A stretch of DNA of 64,000 bases. Source: Eledone cirrhosa (lineage: Eukaryota). The stretch covers positions 34,534,001-34,598,000 of the forward strand of contig OZ024743.1 of assembly GCA_964016885.1 (NCBI GenBank). Direction: 5' to 3'. Numbering within the stretch: position 1 is the stretch's first letter; each line of letters opens with the position of its first letter. A program made the translations under genes and the position numbers. Positions 16,247-29,900 of the stretch are shown here, one piece after another. The notes below the pieces were generated by a model that searched no databases, was not told the origin of the DNA, and saw nothing but the letters and a program-made list of their open reading frames with translations.

Positions 16247-16502
16247 ATGAAAGAAAGAAAGAAAGAAAGAAAGAATTCAAATCCCAACGAGGTCGAATTT
16301 GTCTTTTATTCTTCCGGTGTCGGTAAAATAAATACTTGTAAAGAAGTGAGAGTCAATTAAATTGTCTTATCCGCTTCTTTTTAAATCTGTGGCCTTGTAC
16401 CAAGGTTAGAAACCTCTATTATTGTTGACCTGAGGCACAGGATTTCCTTTCACGCTTAAGTTCGACTTAGAACATTATCTGCTTGGACAGTAATGCTTTT
16501 AA

Positions 16503-16940
16503 TAATGATTTCTAGTATAGGCACAAGGCCAGTAATTTGGTGGGGTGGGGAAAGTCAATTAAATCGACCCCAGTATGGTACTGGTGCTTTATTTTATCGA
16601 CCCCGTAAGGATGAAAGGCAAAGTTGACCCGGCAGGATTTGAACTTAGATCATAAAGGGCCGTAACTATATGCTGCAAAGCATCGTGTCCGACCCTACCG
16701 ATACTGCCAATCCACCACCCTTATGATAATAATGATAATAATAATGGTTTCTGATTTAGGCACAAGGCCAGAACATTTTTTGAGGGGGGGTGGGGGGCGT
16801 TTAAATCGACACCAGTGCATTACTGGTACTTTATTTATCGATCGCGTAAGGATGAAAGGTAAAGCTAACCTCGGCTTTGCCTTTTATCATAATGATAATA
16901 ACAATAATTGTTTCTACGTTAGGCACAAGGCCAGCAATAA
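16503..16940 (-). mobile_element. Cluster of SINE family A copies (16503-16720, 16742-16876, 16903-16938)
   Basis: Core ggatgaaaggcaaagttgacc, head gatactgccaatccacc and tail ggcacaaggccag. Confidence 0.8.
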
Positions 16941-17029
16941 TGATTTCTTTATTAACCATAAAAGGTTTACATAAAGTAAAACACTACAGGACGAAAACAT
17001 AGAGTGCCTATATGTGTGCATGTGTGTTG

Positions 17030-17375
17030 GTGTTCGACATAAACCCACAAGTCAGCAATAATGCTCAGACACTGGACGATTGTTTGCAAGTTGGTTTCGT
17101 TGCCCTGCGCTCATCTCGGACAGGCCCGGCTGACGGCACGTCCATGCCTGTAGAGTCTATCTCGAACTGGCAAATCTCCTCGGTAGCACTGCCAGGACAG
17201 GGGTATCTGGGAAATATCCCTGTGCACTGGACCGAAAGTCCTCCCCAAAAGAGTGGCTAGTTGGCTTTCGTCGACGTCTAGAGTTTCCACAAGAACGTCG
17301 TCGCTTTTGTCCACTACTAACTCTCTATAGAACGCCAAGGTGGAGTTTCCACCGATCATGTTGCCGATTGTTGAA
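17030..17375 (-). pseudogene. Tx1/L1-like LINE ORF2 C-terminal fragment (zf-RVT region)
   Basis: LSWQCYRGDLPVRDRLYRHGRAVSRACPR*..ETNLQTIVQC..DLWVYVE; homologous to 21128-21855. Confidence 0.8.
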
Positions 17376-17894
17376 GGACTGTAAGCGCCTAAAGACATTC
17401 CTGTTTTCAATTGCTCTCTCTCGGTCTCCGCTTGACCCAAGACTGTAGTTCCGTTTAATGTTTGGAATGCGAGAGGGTTAATATGAAAGTGATACCAGTT
17501 GTGATTAGGGCCAACTCCTTTGAAATTCCGAGACTTCTTAAAACGATTCGGAATACCATGCAATATTGATGTCATGCAAAAATCAGCCTTGCGTACTTTT
17601 TAAGGAAAGTATTGTGTGAGGTCCTTGTTGTGACTTGACAGATGACTAAATACTCCAGTGCATTTTCCATCTACCAAAAGGAATAATAATGATATTGGTG
17701 GTGGTGGTGATGGTGGTGGCGGTGGTTGTGGTGGTGGTGGTGGTGATAGTGTTAATGATGGTGTCGAAGGGACTGAAGTTGACTGCCTTTTGAAGGATAG
17801 TTAAGGTGCCATACTCATTCCCTTCCTTTCTCGCTTTTACTGTCTCAATCCATTTCCCTATCTTTTTCATTCTTTTAATTCCTCCCCATCCCCG

Positions 17895-18025
<131 letters not shown>

Positions 18026-18899
18026 AGGCTCAGAAGCTGCAATATGTACCTTACATCCCCCTACAAACACCATACATTTCCGTACTCTACCAGAAATCGC
18101 CAACAAAACATACCCCAACACCATCACACACCACGCAGTCACCTCCACTCCTTGCATTATAACTTACGTTACATTAGCTCTCCACACACACACTACAGTG
18201 TAGGACAAGTCAGACTGGCTTTGTGCCGAAGTGACTTCCAATATACACCTATTAACACATACTAACAATTTACATAAACACATCACCAACAACAACAAAA
18301 ACAACTAAAACAACTTCCCGGTACACACTTATACCCACAGACAGCAAGATGACGTCATGAGGGCTGTTCTTCTTTGAGCTAATGTTGGTGTTCATAGTGA
18401 TGGTAATTATGGTGATGATGTAGCTGTTTTACACTATTAATCAATATTTCACAACCATAAGACTAGACGTATTGATAAGAATATCTTTATACAACCAGGA
18501 ATTGCGAGCTAGAAAATGAAAGGGAGGAGGAGAGATACAGACACAAAGAGGAATCTGTGTCATTCATTACTTTATTTATGAGATTATTTCGTAGATAACC
18601 AGAATTCTAACAGAAAGTAAAATCTAGAATTTGAAACTTAACTTCTGACCCTTTTGCTAACATCAACTACAAAAAAAAAAAAAAAAACAAAGCGAACCGA
18701 GCGACGAGGGTACCTCTATTTGATCTCTAGGTCTACTAGATATAGCTGCCAAATCTTCCTTAGTTTACACACTCTACCACAAATATCCTAATTTAGCTTC
18801 AGACTTTCGTTTTCATGTAAAACATAATCATAATATATCCCCAACTTTTGATCAAGAAACACCTGTTGGTCAACGTTAATCAGGCGGCGTTCATCATCT

Positions 18900-19160
18900 C
18901 ATCTCATTTCAGTCGATTTTCCAATCGAAACAAATGTCTTGTTTCACCATCAATGTTCGTATTTATGATACAGCCTTCCATCCAGTGTCTTTTAACGGTT
19001 ACCATATAACTAGATTTGAGACTATTTCTTCAGGGTGTTTCAGACATTGATCTGCCATTTTCAATCTTCGCTCAGCTATATTTTCGGTTGACTTTCAGTA
19101 ACATCAGCCAACATATATAGATACGTAAGTCAGTCGACAGGGGTACGCCATATCTTATGA
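18900..19160 (-). pseudogene. RTE-like LINE remnant
   Basis: IAERRLKMADQCLKHPEEIVSNLVM resembles the RRLR.AGHC.RH.EE motif. Confidence 0.5.
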
Positions 19161-19876
19161 AGATTAGAGGGTTGTTTTACAATGCAAGCCTTTTTATTTG
19201 AACCCAGAGTAGAATAGAAAATTCCGATGTCCCAAAATTACCCGGTGGAGATCAACAGAAGAGAAGTTGATAGACACAGAGATGCTATGGAATAAAATGA
19301 AAAGAAGCTGGAAAACTACTATGGAGATCCTATATTTCTCCAGAACTTAAAATAGAAATAAAGATAATTACAAAGACTTCAGAGAGGAACACATTAGCGA
19401 ATTAAAGGTTGATTATATTTCAATATAGAATTATCAACTAAACGTAAAAGTATCCAATTTTAGGGAACAAAAGAAGAGAGGTGTGAAGTTAATGCTGCAG
19501 TTAAAGAAATGAAACGGTTTTATCGCGTCTTGAATGGCCAGGTTCTCAGGTTCTTGCCTTTATAGTTCCGACATTCGTCCCCTTTAAATTTTTTTTTTTT
19601 TTTGGGGGGGGGGGGGGTATGAAGGGTTGTTAAAGTAATCAAACGATACATTCATTCGATCAACAGCTACGAGGGCTTGACTTGAATCGTATGATAGTAA
19701 CAGGATAAGATCCTCCAACACTTCGGGGGGTCCTCCGGCATCTTATCGAAACGACCAAAATAGATGTATGTCAATTTACTTTTAAGGTAACCATGTTGAT
19801 CTAGGTTTACTGGTTGATTTGTTCGCCCTACACAAACACGCACACTCACACACACACACACACACACACACACGCT

Positions 19877-19992
<116 letters not shown>

Positions 19993-20468
19993 TTTATATA
20001 TAAAGGCGGTCGATTTGGAAGAGCTGTTAGAGAGTTGAATATTTGCTCGTTCAAACTCGGCCGTGGTCCACTATTCCTTTACTCTTTTCGGGTTCGAAAA
20101 AAAAAGTACTAGTCTAATACTAGTGCGGCCCTTTTTCTTTCCAGCTGTCATGTCCTCGATGTTCCACTGGTGCCTGTGCCTGTGCCTGCTCGTGATAGCA
20201 TATGCACCTAAAATCCTTAGCGAAAGCATGGTATTTTCTATCAAGCCATATTCGATTGCGAAAGTTGTAGTTTATATATAAGCATACACACATATGCATC
20301 AGATGTGGACGAAATTCACAACGATAATTTATATGAACACACGCTTATAAACTTCACACAAAAACTTTGATAATTATTCATTTATTTGTTGATCCAAGAC
20401 ATAGTGTATTTCTTGTATTTCTAACCAATCCTTATTCCAATGTATCTATTTGCCTAATCTATTTGCTT

Positions 20469-20514
<46 letters not shown>

Positions 20515-20561
20515 TATAAAGTATGTCCATAGAATCGTTTGATAATATATATACACCATTT

Positions 20562-20634
<73 letters not shown>

Positions 20635-20686
20635 ATATATTGATATAAATAGACATATACGTATATATATATGTATATATATATAT

Positions 20687-20807
20687 GAAACGGCTTGAGC
20701 TCTGCCGTCGGGGTCATACATTTTCCTATTACCCACTCTACTACCCTAAGTATTGAGTACTCTGGTGCGTTATAGTTCATCTGGTTCCTTACCACAACTC
20801 CTTCGTT
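20687..20807 (+). mobile_element. Short (TA)n-inserted fragment beginning exactly at the hammerhead GAAA
   Basis: (TA)n-GAAA-CGGC-ttgagctct-GCCG-TC-ggggtc..; similar to 15862-16032. Confidence 0.7.
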
Positions 20808-20812
20808 ATATA

Positions 20813-20851
<39 letters not shown>

Positions 20852-21127
20852 GCGCATATGTCTGTTTATATCAATTTATTTGAATCTATTTTTTCATCTT
20901 CCCGTTTATCTTTATGTCAATCGTTATTTCTATTTATATATATATATGTTTACCAATCTTTACGTCCATCTGTTCAATGCAGTATCAGCAATGGAAAGAT
21001 CAATTGAAATATAGATTTCTTCGTCTGATCTGATAATTAACTCCTTGGGTTTTTTCTTACATCAGTACATCCATTTTTATATCGTCCTATACTTATATCC
21101 TTGCATCCATTTGTCTCACGATATCGC

Positions 21128-21855
21128 TGCCTATGGAGCTCTACCAGTTCGAGACAAAATCTACAGGCACGGACGCCCTGGCAGAGATCCTGCCAAAAGG
21201 ACTTGTCTAAGATGCGAGCAGGACATCGAAACCGTTCTGCACGCAATTGTTCAGTGCCCAGGGGTGACCGACCTGTGGAATTATGTCGAACAGCTACTGT
21301 CACGTGTGGGACGCATCCAGTTGTCAGCCGAGTCCATCGTGAGGATCACCCCGCCGCCTTCATTTAAGAATGAAGGAGAGGCGGTTTTCCTCTGTCTGGT
21401 GGCTATGGCGAAATAGGTAATATGGTGGACGAGGTTAAAAGGACTGAGGGCAAACACCTTTCTCTCCGGACAACAACTCATCCCCTTCTTTAAGTACCAC
21501 TTCAGAAGGAAGGTGAGAGTGGAGAGAGAGGTGCTACACCCCACTAAATTCGCTGAAAGGTGGCGAAAATGGCCCGAGTGAATGGGCCCTCTCTGTATAT
21601 AAACCTGTAAGTTGAGGAAGATTAACAGAGAGAAGACGGGAACACCTACAAAACGTGTTCCTGGTGTTGAGGGTTCTTCAATCCACGGGGTGTAAAACAA
21701 CACCGCAGTAACGTTCTCCCCTGATGGGGATTTCGATTGTTGTATTTTATATATAGTTTATTGTTATTTATCATTGCTAAAGATGTTATGTAAAACCCCC
21801 GCCGTCTCGTCTTGTAATGTCCCATTTTTGTACGCCCCTGTGGCAAATAAAGAAA
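21128..21855 (+). mobile_element. 3' end of Tx1/L1-like LINE
   Basis: GALPVRDKIYRHG..CLRC..ETVLHAIVQC..LW (CCHC zf-RVT)..AK*VIWWTR..F.ERW; 3' UTR ending near aataaa at ~21846. Confidence 0.85.
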
Positions 21856-22164
21856 GATATCTATCTACCGGTTATGTATCTATATGTATAACTCTTATAC
21901 ACTTCCGCCTTCACTTACAGATTTACTTAAGCATATAAACTTAGACAAATATGCACTCATATTGTGTCTGGAATTCGAAGGACCAGCCTTGTCTCATTCT
22001 CTGAGAACTACTTTATGGGTACACGTGTCTGTGGAATGCTCAGCCAGTTGCGCGTTCCTTTCAGGAGCCGGCTGTTCTGCTGATCGAATCAGCTTAAACA
22101 TTCGTTGTCGTAACAGACGAAAGGCCAATTATATACTTGTGTGTGTATGTGTGTGTGTATGTAT

Positions 22165-22203
<39 letters not shown>

Positions 22204-24060
22204 CGTACGTACGTGTGTGATTGTGTGAGTGCGAATTTTTGGGGTCTCGAATAATCGATGTGTTGGGGTCTCAATATGTAAACTAAACGACTAATTCTGG
22301 TTTTTCAAAATTTCAAGAAAAATTATCGATTATCCAACCCCGCCCCCGCCCCCGCTAAAATGTATGTACATATGTATATATGCATGTATGTATGTATGAA
22401 ATACAAAACCCGGCAAAGGGCGGAGGGACTCAACAGAGTCAACTGCCATCCAAATAGTACTTTTTTTTTACCTGGGAGTGAAAGGCCCCCAATTGTTGTA
22501 CAACACCTTTCTAAGAGAGGGAAACTCCGAAAAAAACCTGCGGCTTCGGAAGCATCCGATGATGTTGACCAGTTCTCCTTTTCGGGTAGTGTTTTCGTTG
22601 CTCAGAGAGTGGAATTGATTGAGTGAAGGGCCTTTCCCCACTTAAAAAACCTTCAAAGCAGAAGCATTGCTTGTTCAGGATCTGTTACAAGCGATTGCAA
22701 TACTCTTAGCAGAGTCTGCAGCCATCATGTATGTAGGTATACAGTTTAACGGTATTTGTTCCGGCTCTCTGCACATCCCGTCGAGGTCAACTTCATATTT
22801 CATCCTTTCAGTACTAATAACATAAAGTATCAGTCCAGGACAGGATTGGCGGGATTGTTAGACCACTGTAGGTGATGCCTTGTGGTATTTGTTCCTATCC
22901 TTTCTGTTATGAAACTCTCAGACAAAACCTGTTGTAGTAGTCTAGAATGATGTCCTGTACATATATATGGCGCTGTAGTACTGTTTCTTCTATCAGACTG
23001 TGGAGTAGGTATGGTAGAATGAATTAGTCTACACGTTAGACTAGCTATCACGTTGTCTTTATGATTATTCAAAGTTATATAAAGGCTGATGATTAGCCAG
23101 TCATTCAAGTCTATCATCCATCATAATTTGAGGTGGTAGTGTATGCATTTCTATAGTGATACTGTATGTATTGGTTACATATTATATATATATACGTGTG
23201 TGTGTGTGTGTGTGCGTGTGCGTGTGCGTGTGCGTGTGTGTGTGTATGTGTGTGTGTGTGTGTAATTATCGCATTATGGATAGATTTTTGGTATTTTTGT
23301 TTTCATATATGCATGTATATATATATATGTATGTGTATGTGTATGTGCATGTATATGGATGTATATGAATGTATATGAATACGTGTATATGTATGAATGT
23401 ATGTGTGTATAATTATGTATGCATGTATTTATGTATGTATATGAATGTATATGAATATGTGTATGTGTATAAATGTATGTGTGTATAATTATGTATGTAT
23501 ATATGTATGCATGTATTTATGTATGTATTTACGTATGTATATAGGTGGTAAACCTTCAGGATTTTTTCTGTATTCTGTGTTAAATACAATTACTTATGAG
23601 GTAATTGCTGATGTTATAAAGTCTTTTGTAGCAAATTATTGGAGACAGTCTAATACGACAGCAATCCATCAATCGAGTGTCGAACGTAAAACTTAACAAG
23701 TGTAAGTCAAAGAAAGAATTGAACACAACTAATAGTTGAACGAGGACTTCAACATTGAAGATCGATAGAGTAGTTCACGAGATGTAACAGACAAATGGAT
23801 AGTTCGAAAAGAAAGGCCAGTGGATATCAGATCTAACATTGGAATATTGCTTTCATAATTTACTTAATTAACTAAATATTTCTCAAGGAAATGCTTGACA
23901 GATAAATTGATGCATTTATATATATATATATAAATGCATATATATATATATAGTTTCGTTGACAAATATATCAATATGCCCAGACATGCAGATATATTGC
24001 CCTTGGTATGACAGTGTGGTTTTAGCTCAATGTAGGATAACTAGTATACTACAGAGCCGT

Positions 24061-24960
24061 TATAGTTATAGGAATAACCAAAGAGTGCTTAGAAATACAT
24101 TGTTTTATTAGCTAACAGTGTTTCATACATACGCCATGGCAGGAATCATCAGAGCCTATAAACAATAGTATATCAGTAGTTGCATGCTCCATCGAGCTGC
24201 GTCACCAGAACAAGGTTAAAGGACCAACAGGGGGTCCCGAGGCCAGCGCTATATAGAAAAAGGGAGAATACACGATGCACATAATGTCATAAAATGTCTT
24301 AAAAATTTAAAAATTACACCAAACATTTATCACTTAAATGGTGCAATAGATGATAAAGAGGTTGGAGAGGGTAGCAAGGGATGAATGAGACAAAGCAAAG
24401 CATAGATACATCAAAGCACAAGCAGTGCAAAAACAAGGTGTACAAGCATATTACGAGGTGCTTTGATGTATCTATGCTTTGCTTTGTCTTATATTTTTCG
24501 GGGTTTCCGGGATTTTTGTTCTTTTTTTGTTCCTTTATTCTTTTGTATTTTTATATTTTTTTCTTTTCTTATTCCTGTATTTTTGTACTTTTTTATTATT
24601 TTTTTTATTATTTTCTTATTGTTTCTGATCTTGCTGAGTAATACCCTCACTCATCCCTTGCTACCCTCTCCCAACCTCTTTATCATCTATTGCACCATTT
24701 AAGTGTAATTTTTAAATTTTTAAGACATTTTATGACATTATGTGCATCATGTATTCTGTCTTCTTCCGTATAGCGCTGGCCTCGGGACCCCCTGCTGGTC
24801 CTTTAACCTTGTTCTGGTGACGCAGCTCGATGGAGCATGCAACTACTGATATACTATTGTTTATAGGCTCTGATGATTCCTGCCATGGTGTATGGATGAA
24901 ACACTGTTAGCTAATAAAACAATGTATTTCTAAGCACTCTTTGGTTATTCCTATAACTAT
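24061..24960. mobile_element. ~900-bp fold-back element with a hammerhead in each arm
   Basis: 24061-24389 inverted vs ~24646-24960; inner inverted pair 24387-24420/24459-24492; ends in (TA)n. Confidence 0.9.
24860..24918 (+). ncRNA. Minimal type-I hammerhead ribozyme (inverted copy at 24104-24162, minus strand)
   Basis: tttataggct-CTGATGA-ttcc..ggat-GAAA-cactg-TT-agctaataaa; 10-bp stem I with one mismatch. Confidence 0.8.
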
Positions 24961-25100
24961 ATATATATATATAAATATTTGTATGTATGTGTGAGTGCGC
25001 GCGTGTGGGTGTTTGTACGTGTGTGTGTGTGTGTGTGCGTGCGTGTGCGTGTGGGTGGGTATGTATGGATGTGAGTATGCGAGTGTGTTTAGGCGACAAG

Positions 25101-25290
25101 AATAATTGTTTCTACTTTTGGCACAAGGCCATCAATTACCCAGTACATTACTGGTACTTTATTTTATCGGCCCCGTAAGGATGAAAGGCAAAGTTGACCT
25201 CGGCGGGATTTGAACTCAGACCGCAAAGGGACGTAACTATGCTGGAAAGCGTGGCGTCCGACCCTCTACCGATACTGCCAATCCACCGCC
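25101..25290 (-). mobile_element. Full-length SINE family A
   Basis: A-box tggcagtatcgg, B-box gagttcaaatcc, core and tail. Confidence 0.9.
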
Positions 25291-25877
25291 GACAAGAATA
25301 ATAAGCATAGAGAAGGATCGAACGTGATGTATAAACGAAAAAACAAAAACAGACTGACCTGACAGACAGGTAGATAGATAGCAGAATCATTGAATGTGAG
25401 GGTGGTTAAATCAATGGACTGATAAATTGATTTAGCAATAGTTTGATGAATGAAGGAATTGTCAAATAGAAAGACGGATCGATGGATCGATGAATGATAG
25501 CTAAACAGACAAATAGACAAACATACAAGCAGGCAAATAAAAAGACAAACGAAAAGACAAAAATATATATGAGTAGACCATTGTAACAACTATTCTCACC
25601 TCAGATATCATGTTAGGTTAAGTAATACAACCAATATTGTCACTGCTATCACCAGCACGAACACCAACAGTCAACATCACTGCTACATTACCTCCAGATC
25701 GATAACAACCAATCACTACCACAACAAAAACCGAAGCCTTTTACTTGTCCAAAACACTACCATCATCACAACTACAAACATTACTGTTCCTATTGCTACA
25801 ATTCACACCAGCACTAGCAACACGATATTATTATATGAGCCGCCACTATCCCAGACATCCCGACAGACACCTTCACA

Positions 25878-26025
25878 CGTACCAGGGTTGGCTACCCGCA
25901 GGTGTGAGACTCACGAGCTGGAATGGCTCGTCCAGCACGTCCCTTACCCTCCTCTGGGGAAACGCCCTCTCTATTTTGGCCGCCGGGGCCGCGGAACGGC
26001 CGGCATGTGGACCCCCATTTACTCA
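25878..26025 (+). mobile_element. 3' fragment of CRE-like non-LTR retrotransposon
   Basis: ELEWLVQH../LTLLWGNALSIL; homologous to 42670-42820 and 58560-58630. Confidence 0.6.
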
Positions 26026-26225
26026 TAATAATTGTTTCTACTTTAGGCACAAGGCCAGCAATAACCCAGTGCATTACTGGTACTTTATTTTATCGACCCC
26101 GTAAGGATGAAAGGCAAAGTCAACCTCGGCGGGATTTAAACTCAGATCGTAAAGGGACGTAACTATGATGGAAAGCATGGCGTCCGACCCTCTACCGATA
26201 CTGCCAATCCATACTGCCAATCCAC
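26026..26225 (-). mobile_element. Full-length SINE family A
   Basis: Same head, core and tail as other copies; short duplication of the head at 26211-26225. Confidence 0.9.
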
Positions 26226-26296
26226 AATGAGAGGTGGTAAGAGCGGAAGAGACGGAGACAGTGACGGTGGGAGTTTGGTTCCTTTGTGTTCGGACC

Positions 26297-26655
26297 TGGT
26301 GTGTATGTATATATTTATGGTGTGTATGTATATATTTATGGTGTGTATGTATATATTTATGGTGTGTATGTATATATTTATGGTGTGTATGTATATATTT
26401 ATGGTGTGTATGTATATATTTATGGTGTGTATGTATATATTTATGGTGTGTATGTATATATTTATGGTGTGTATGTATATATTTATGGTGTGTATGTATA
26501 TATTTATGGTGTGTATGTATATATTTATGGTGTGTATGTATATATTTATGGTGTGTATGTATATATTTATGGTGTGTATGTATATATTTATGGTGTGTAT
26601 GTATATATTTATGGTGTGTATGTATATATTTATGGTGTGTATGTATATATTTATG
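26297..26655. repeat. Perfect 21-bp tandem repeat, ~17 copies
   Basis: Unit tggtgtgtatgtatatattta. Confidence 0.96.
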
Positions 26656-26978
26656 CCAATTTTAATGAATTTTAAATATTTCCCTCATATAGGAGGGCCT
26701 ACATAAGTACATATGACAATACATCACTACTACACCTCCAATATCCCTACCACACTTCCAATATCACTACCACATCTCTAATGCTACCATCACAACACTA
26801 GCACCTCCAACAAATTTCCAACACCTTTACCACTACTACAATTCGAATAGCATTAGTACATTCCAGTACCACTAGTACACTTCCAGTACCACTACCACAC
26901 CTCCAACACGACTGCCATACATCCAACAACTCTCTCATGCCATCAACACCTTTACCACACTCCCTACATCGCTACAAG

Positions 26979-29900
26979 ATCACTACCACCAACAACACCA
27001 CTACCAACACCACTACCACCAACAACACTACCACCAACAACACCACTACCAACACTACTACCACCAACAGCACTACCACCAACAACACCACCACCAACAC
27101 CACTACCACCAACAACACCACTACCAACACCACTACCACCAACACAACTACCACCAACAACACCACTACCAACAGCACTTCCACCAACAACACCACTACC
27201 AACACCTATACCACGAACAGCGCTACCACCAACAACACCACTACCAACACCACTACCACCAACAGCACTACCACCAACAAAAAAACTACCAACACCACTA
27301 CCACCAACACAACTACCACCAACAACACCACTACCAACACCACTACCACCAACAGCACTACCACCAACAACACTACCACCAACACCACTACCACCAACAC
27401 CACTACCACCAACAGCACTACCACCAACACCACTACCACCAACAGCACTACCACCAACACCACTACCACCAACACCACTACCACCAACACCACTACCACC
27501 AACACCACTACCACCAACAGCACTACCACCAACAGCACTACCACCAACAGCACTACCACCAACACCACTACCACCAACAACACTACCACCAACATCACTT
27601 CCACCAACAGCACTACCACCAACACCACTACCACCAACACCACTACCACCAACACCACTACCACCAACACCACTACCACCAACAGCACTACCACCAACAG
27701 CACTACCACCAACATCACTACCACCAACACCACTACCAGCAACAGCACCACTACCAACACCACTACCACCAACAGCACTACCACCAACAACACTACCACC
27801 AACAGCACTACCACCAACAACACTACCACCAACACCACTACCACCAACAGCACTACCACCAACCACACTACCACCAACAACACTACCACCAACAGCACTA
27901 CCACCAACAACACTACCACCAACACCACTACCACCAACAGCACTACCACCAACACCACTACCACCAACACCACTACCACCAACACCATTACCACCAATAC
28001 CACTACAACCAACAGCAATACCACCAAGACCACTACCTCCAACAGCACTACCACCAACACCACTACCACCAACACCACTACCACCAACAGCACTACCACC
28101 AACAGCACTAACACCAACACCACTACCACCAACAGCACTACCACCAACAGCACAACCACCAACACCACTACCACCAACAGAACTACCACCAACAGCACTA
28201 CCACCAATACCACTACCACCAACAGAACTACCACCAACAGCACTACCACCAACAGCACTACCACCAACACCACTACCACCAACAGCACTACCACTAACAG
28301 CACTACCACCAACAGCACTACCACCAACACCACTACCACCAACACCACTACCACCAACAGCACTACCACCAACAGCACTACCACCAACAGCACTACCACC
28401 AACACCACTACCACCAACACCACTACCACCAACACCACTACCACCAACACCACTACCACCAACACCACTACCACCAACAGCACTACCACCAACAAAACTA
28501 CCACCAACAGCACTACCACCAACACCACTACCACCAACACCGCTACCACCAACAGCACTACCACCAACACCACTACCACCAACACCACTACCACCAACAC
28601 CACTACCACCAACAGCACTACCACCAACACCACTACCACCAACACCACTACCACCAACAGCACTACCACCAACAAAACTACCACCAACAGCACTACCACC
28701 AACACCACTACCACCAACACCACTACCACCAACACCACTACCACCAACACCACTACCACCAACACCACTACCACCAACAGCACTACCACCAACACCACTA
28801 CCACCAACACCACTACCACCAACAGCACTACCACCAACAAAACTACCACCAACACCACTACCACCAACACCACTACCACCAACACCACTACCACCAACAC
28901 CACTACCACCAACACCACTACCACCAACAAAACTACCACCAACACCACTACCACCAACACCACTACCAACAACACCACTACCTCCAACAGCACTACCACC
29001 AACACCACTACCACCAACAGCACTACCACCAACAAAACTACCACCAACACCACTACCACCAACACCACTACCACCAACACCACTACCACCAACACCACTA
29101 CCACCAACACCACTACCACCAACAGCACTACCACCAACACCACTACCACCAACACCACTACCACCAACAGCACTACCACCAACAAAACTACCACCAACAG
29201 CACTACCACCAACAGCACTACCACCAACACCACTACCACCAACAGCCCTACCACCAACAGCACTACCACCAACAGCACTACCACCAACACCACTACCACC
29301 AACACCACTACCACCAACACCATTACCACCAACACCACTACCACCAACACCACTACCACCAGCAGCACTACCACCAACACCATTACCACCAACAGCACTA
29401 CCACCAACAGCACTACCACCAACAGCACTACCACCAACACCACTACCACCAACAACGGTACCACCAACACCACTACCACCAACAGCACTACCACCAACAC
29501 CACTACCACCAACACCACTACCACCAACACCACTACCAGCAACAGCACCACTACCAACACCACTACCACCAACAACACTACCACCAACAGCACTACCACC
29601 AACACCACTACCACCAACACCACTACCACCAACAGCACTACCACCAACAAAACTACAACCAACAGCACTACCACCAACACCACTACCACCAACAACACTA
29701 CCACCAACAGCACTACCACCAACACCACTACCACCAACAGCACTACCACCAACAAAACTACAACCAACAGCACTACCACCAACAGCACTACCACCAACAC
29801 CACTACCACCAACACCACTACCACCAACAGCACTACCACCAACAAAACTACAACCAACAGCACTACCACCAACAGCACTACCACCAACAGCACTACCACC

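Noticed and set aside
17111-17575. 154-aa ORF as a host gene
   Set aside because: Its C-terminal half is LINE zf-RVT sequence; the N-terminal half has no motif I can assign and an upstream in-frame stop
26297-26655. CRISPR-like array
   Set aside because: Contiguous identical units with no spacers, eukaryotic context and no cas genes
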